Source: Reclinomonas americana ATCC 50394
Taxonomy: Eukaryota
Length of the DNA stretch: 64,000 nucleotides
Direction of reading: 5' to 3'
Assembly (NCBI GenBank): GCA_048213135.1
Contig: PS015009.1
Location: 2,108,001-2,172,000, forward strand
This document shows positions 59,980-64,000 of this stretch, in pieces. The position numbers were made by a program, and so were the translations under genes. Each line of letters begins with the position of its first letter. Within the stretch, counting starts at the first letter, position 1. The notes beneath the pieces were generated by a model. That model was given only the letters and a program-made list of their open reading frames with translations. It did not search any database and had not been told where the DNA came from.

Positions 59980-62739
59980 ATGAAAAAAACACTATTGCTT
60001 ATTATTCTCTGCCTCGCTATCACCGCTCCCGGTTATACGCAATCTGTTGCTGTGAACACCGATGGCAGTACTGCTAACGTCTCTGCCATACTGGACATTA
60101 AAAGCACCAGCAAAGGTTTGCTGATCCCCCGCATGACCAAAGTGCAACGCCAGGCCATCGCCTCCCCGGCAAAGGGTTTGCTTGTTTTCCAGGATGATAC
60201 CGACAGCAGCGGGTTTCATTATTATGACGGCTCGGCCTGGGTATGGCTGGAAGTATTGAACAGCGCCGGCTGGAAAACGATGGGTAACAGCGGAACGGAT
60301 ACGGCCATGCATTTTATCGGAACAAGGGATAATATGCCCATCCGTTTCAAACAGAACAACCAATGGCTGGGTCAGCTCAATGCCAACCGCGAAAACTATT
60401 TCTTTGGCAATGCTGCAGGCAGGCTGATCACAACCGGCAGGCACAATGCCGCTATGGGCGACAGCGCCATGGCGGCCACCACCACTTCGTTTGACAATGC
60501 CGCATTCGGTTACCACGCTATGAAGAAAATGGTAGGCGGTTTAAACAATGCCGCTTTCGGCGCCTATAGTATGGAAGATAACCAGTCGGGTTCTTACAAT
60601 ACCGCTTTTGGTAACGCCGCTTTTCAAAAGAATAAAGCGGGCAGTTTTAACACCGCCGTAGGCACTTTCTCACTCATAGCCGATACCGCCGGATCTTTCA
60701 ATACCGCTGTAGGTGCTTACAGTTTATTCACCACCAATTCGCATTCGAATACGGCTGTGGGTTATACCGCTTTGCTGAACAACACATCAGGCTATGGCAA
60801 TACCGCTATGGGGCACCGTGCATTGCAGGACAATACCACCGGTCATTACAACGTGGCCATCGGCGACAGCGCCGGTTACAACAGCACCACGCCTTCGGGT
60901 AATATTTTTATCGGTCATGTAGCGGGCTACAGCAATGTAACAAGGGCGAATCTTACGTTCATCGGCGACAGTGCCGGTTACCGCACCACCAATGGCAGCG
61001 ACCAGGTGTTCATCGGTAATTATGCAGGGCGCTATCATCGTGTAAACAGCCGCAACACCTTTATTGGCGTTAATGCAGGATACAATGACAGCCTGGGTTT
61101 CAACAATACTTTCATCGGGCAGAATGCCGGTTACAACAACAAGGGCCTTCTTTCCGGATCAGGTACCAATAATACTTTTATCGGGCAGGCGGCGGGTTAC
61201 AACAACGGTGCCAGCAGTTCCAATACGTATGTAGGACAAGGCTCGGGAGAGAATGCCACGGGTGCATCCAATACCTTCCTGGGACAAGCCGGGGGCGCAT
61301 TCAATAATACCGGCAGTTTCAATACAGTCATCGGCGCATCCGCGGCAGGTGCAACCACAGGAACGGGTGACGCTTCCTATAACAGCCTTGTTGGTGCCAG
61401 TGCGGGTTACAGCCTCCGTTCCGGCGACCTGAATGTGTTTATGGGAGTAAATGCCGGTGCCGCCGATACTTCGGGCAGCAGGAATATCGCGATCGGCTCA
61501 TCCGCGATGAATGGGATATTGTCGGGAGATAATAATGTTATCATAGGTGATGATGCACTCTCCTTCAGTAAAACAGGTAATGGACATGTTGCCATCGGCT
61601 CCGGTGCATTACTTTCCGATACCTCTGTAACCACAACGTTTACAATCGGTCCTTATCCTAACGTAGCGGTTGGTTATTCTGCCATGCAGAACAATAAAGA
61701 CGGTACGGGCAACAGTTTCCTGGGAACTTTTGCCGGCGGCAATATCGACAGGGGATCATTCAATACCGGCATGGGTACTATGGCTTTGTCCAATGCGGGA
61801 TTTGTAAGCACCAATAATTCCAGCAGTTATAATGCGGCATTCGGTTATGAAGCGCTGCGTCGGGCCAATCTTGCTGACAGTAACATTGCCATGGGATACC
61901 GGGCGCTGTACAATACCACCTCGGGCTCCAGCAATGTGGGTCTTGGTTCGCTGGCGATGACTACGAATACCACGGGTATTTACAATACAGCTGTAGGCCC
62001 TGAATCGGATATGGGGTTCAGTAATCTCGTTAATGCCACAGCGATCGGTGCCAAAGCGCAGGTGGATACTTCCAATGCGCTGGTGCTGGGTTCGGTGTCG
62101 GCAGTTAATGGTGCTACCACCAGTGTGAACGTAGGTATTGGCACCAGTAAGCCATTGCGCCGCCTGCATGTGCGGCAAGGCACTTCGGGAGGCAGTTTCC
62201 AGGTTAATACCAGTCTGGCCCTTGAGAGCCAGACGATTGTTTTCATGGAAATGTCGAATCCTTCAACAGCGCCCAGCGGTATTGTGTCCAGCACCAATCT
62301 TACTTCAGTGCGAAGCCGGATTTTGTTTGAAGCCGATAGCTCCATCACTTTCAGCAGCGGTGGTTCGCTTACCCGGATGTCATTGGAGAACAATGGTAAC
62401 CTGGGCATCGGTACCACGGCGCCCGGTGCCAAACTGGATGTAAACGGAACCTTCACACTTGGTGCTAACGGAACGGTGAATACAGCATTAATAAAAGATA
62501 CGGTAACGTTTGATGTGCCTTCTCTTACAACGGGAAGTGAAACAACGGTAGTTATTGCGTTGGCGGATGTTACCTCGAATGCTGCGGTAGCCATATCTCC
62601 TTCATCGGATCTTACAGCGGGAATGGCGATTATGTGGGCAAGGGCAACAGCGGGGAATATCAGGATAAGGTTCAGGAACATGTCGGCAGGCACTATCGAC
62701 CTGGCTTCCATGGATTATTATATCTCTGTTGTACAGTAG
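59980..62739 (+). CDS. Secreted fibre/adhesin-like protein with ~14-aa beta-strand (YadA/Hep_Hag-like) repeats
   Basis: SAILDIKSTSKGLLIPRMT...GFHYYDG head; many NTAVG/NTFIG repeats; GNLGIGTTAPGAKLDVNG. Confidence 0.8.
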   Translation: MKKTLLLIILCLAITAPGYTQSVAVNTDGSTANVSAILDIKSTSKGLLIPRMTKVQRQAIASPAKGLLVFQDDTDSSGFHYYDGSAWVWLEVLNSAGWKTMGNSGTDTAMHFIGTRDNMPIRFKQNNQWLGQLNANRENYFFGNAAGRLITTGRHNAAMGDSAMAATTTSFDNAAFGYHAMKKMVGGLNNAAFGAYSMEDNQSGSYNTAFGNAAFQKNKAGSFNTAVGTFSLIADTAGSFNTAVGAYSLFTTNSHSNTAVGYTALLNNTSGYGNTAMGHRALQDNTTGHYNVAIGDSAGYNSTTPSGNIFIGHVAGYSNVTRANLTFIGDSAGYRTTNGSDQVFIGNYAGRYHRVNSRNTFIGVNAGYNDSLGFNNTFIGQNAGYNNKGLLSGSGTNNTFIGQAAGYNNGASSSNTYVGQGSGENATGASNTFLGQAGGAFNNTGSFNTVIGASAAGATTGTGDASYNSLVGASAGYSLRSGDLNVFMGVNAGAADTSGSRNIAIGSSAMNGILSGDNNVIIGDDALSFSKTGNGHVAIGSGALLSDTSVTTTFTIGPYPNVAVGYSAMQNNKDGTGNSFLGTFAGGNIDRGSFNTGMGTMALSNAGFVSTNNSSSYNAAFGYEALRRANLADSNIAMGYRALYNTTSGSSNVGLGSLAMTTNTTGIYNTAVGPESDMGFSNLVNATAIGAKAQVDTSNALVLGSVSAVNGATTSVNVGIGTSKPLRRLHVRQGTSGGSFQVNTSLALESQTIVFMEMSNPSTAPSGIVSSTNLTSVRSRILFEADSSITFSSGGSLTRMSLENNGNLGIGTTAPGAKLDVNGTFTLGANGTVNTALIKDTVTFDVPSLTTGSETTVVIALADVTSNAAVAISPSSDLTAGMAIMWARATAGNIRIRFRNMSAGTIDLASMDYYISVVQ

Positions 62740-62757
62740 AGTTTTCTTTATGCTTGA

Positions 62758-62795
62758 AGCCGGTTCATCGTCCTGGGGGAGATGGCCGGTTTTTT
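62758..62795 (+). terminator. Terminator after the fibre-like gene
   Basis: agccggt.catc...gatggccggtt hairpin plus poly-T. Confidence 0.6.
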
Positions 62796-62933
62796 ATTTA
62801 GATGCCGGATGCCAGATATAAGATACGGGATACCAGATACAAAACCCGAAATCATAACTTGTCCTAACTCAAAAGGGCTCTTCACATTCACTAATCCGCA
62901 CATTTCTGTATTCGCATATCCACACATGCGCAA

Positions 62934-63743
62934 TTACTCCATCGTCTCTTTTCTTTCCTCTTCTTCACTGTCTTCACGAAGTGTAGGTTCATTCAACTGA
63001 ACAACCCTGCGTTTCTTGGCTTTGCTTACCATGGCCAGGTTGAGCAGTTCTACGATGAAGGAGAAAGCCATGCCGAAGTACACATAGTTTTTCAGGTGCA
63101 GGTCGTGTGCTTTTTCTGAATCCCATCCTTCAATCACCAGCGTAAGACCGATCATCACCAGGAAGGAGAGGGCCAGCATTTTAAGCGAAGGATGCTTATG
63201 TATGAACGAAGCGATCTTGGGGCTGAAAAGGAACATGATGATCATGGCGATCACTACCGCGGCGATCATGATCTCCACATGTTCTGCGGTACCGCCTGCG
63301 GTAATGATACTGTCGAAAGAGAACACCATATCGATAAGGATGATCTGTACGACGGCTTTACCCAGTGTAAGCACCGGTTTGTTATTGCCCTGCAGACTTT
63401 CATCCTCACCTTCCAGTTTATGATGTATCTCCCGGACCGTTTTATAGATCAGGAACAAGCCGCCGCCGAGCATTACCAGGCTGGCCAGGTCGAATCCTTT
63501 GCCAAAGAGGGTAAGCACGGGTTTGCCTTTCTGCGCCAGCAACCAGCCCAGTGCCATCAGCAGCAAACTGCGTACAATAATGCCCGTTACCATCCAGATG
63601 CGCCTGGCGGTTTTTTCTTTTGATTGCGGAAGGCGGTTAATGATAATGCTGACAAAGATCACGTTATCGATGCCCAATACCACTTCAAGAAGAACCAATA
63701 CAAAAAAGCTGATGATGCTTTCGGAGGTGAAAAGATGTTCCAT
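62934..63743 (-). CDS. terC: TerC-family membrane protein
   Basis: LEVVLGIDNVIFVSI, DMVFSFDSIITA, KMLALSFLVMIG. Confidence 0.92.
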   Translation of the reverse strand: MEHLFTSESIISFFVLVLLEVVLGIDNVIFVSIIINRLPQSKEKTARRIWMVTGIIVRSLLLMALGWLLAQKGKPVLTLFGKGFDLASLVMLGGGLFLIYKTVREIHHKLEGEDESLQGNNKPVLTLGKAVVQIILIDMVFSFDSIITAGGTAEHVEIMIAAVVIAMIIMFLFSPKIASFIHKHPSLKMLALSFLVMIGLTLVIEGWDSEKAHDLHLKNYVYFGMAFSFIVELLNLAMVSKAKKRRVVQLNEPTLREDSEEEERKETME

Positions 63744-63759
63744 TCTTTGTTTAAATTCT

Positions 63760-63838
63760 AAAAATTAAAATCCTAAATCCTAATTCGTAATTCCTAATTC
63801 GTAATTCCTAATTCGTAATTCGTAATTCGTAATTCGTA
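63760..63838. repeat. 7-bp tandem repeat (TAATTCS)n
   Basis: taattcg taattcc taattcg taattcc taattcg taattcg...; related tract at 35380-35413. Confidence 0.9.
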
Positions 63839-63847
63839 TCATGAATC

Positions 63848-64000
63848 CTAATTGGCGGCAAGATACTTACAAATCTTCTTCACAATGCCCGGTCCTTCAT
63901 AGATGAACCCGGTCCATACCTGCACAAGTGAAGCGCCTGCGTCCAGTTTTTCCTTCGCGTCGGCGCCGGTGAAGATGCCGCCGCTGGCCACCAGGGGTAT
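63848..64000 (-). CDS. pyrD: Dihydroorotate dehydrogenase (quinone), 3' end only
   Basis: [43 protein letters not shown]. Confidence 0.9.
   Translation of the reverse strand: MPLVASGGIFTGADAKEKLDAGASLVQVWTGFIYEGPGIVKKICKYLAAN

Noticed and set aside
1-64000. tRNA/rRNA genes
   Set aside because: No cloverleaf or rRNA-like sequence was recognised by eye.

Overview
64-kb segment of a Bacteroidota chromosome, most consistent with Chitinophagaceae (TAnnTTTG promoters, T9SS C-terminal domains, PorP/SprF, Bacteroidota-type gene order). It is probably a scaffolded draft or MAG, with a 54-N gap at 16391-16444. Core regions: transketolase-C, an ECF sigma/anti-sigma operon, an isolated atpA, clpP1-clpP2-orf-clpX, purA, pabB, tatA-gatA-mltD, rplS, pheT-zapB-zapA-[PKD/PorP]-rny, dnaB, rsmE, a two-component system with a fibre-like protein, terC and pyrD. 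An accessory island (~6.4-21.6 kb) lies between two T9SS-secreted metalloproteases (M4, M36). It contains a signal-peptide-bearing caspase-like operon, a beta-propeller protein, DUF2236, AraC/NmrA, an A9-frameshifted phospholipase D, SymE/XRE, VOC, an HTH protein and a trypsin-like lipoprotein. These unrelated genes are separated by several families of structured repeats: a 153-bp triplication that captures a gene's 3' end, a three-copy element with compensatory stem changes, ~235-bp direct repeats around the SymE module, and an 11 x 21-bp phased array. No integrase, transposase, RT or cas gene is visible. Other notable points are a HipA/PI3K-like putative kinase between clpP and clpX, an SSB-tip-like C-terminus on DnaB, a phased DnaA-box cluster upstream of dnaB, and a possibly truncated 6S RNA. 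All calls are from motif recognition by eye; no database searches were run.
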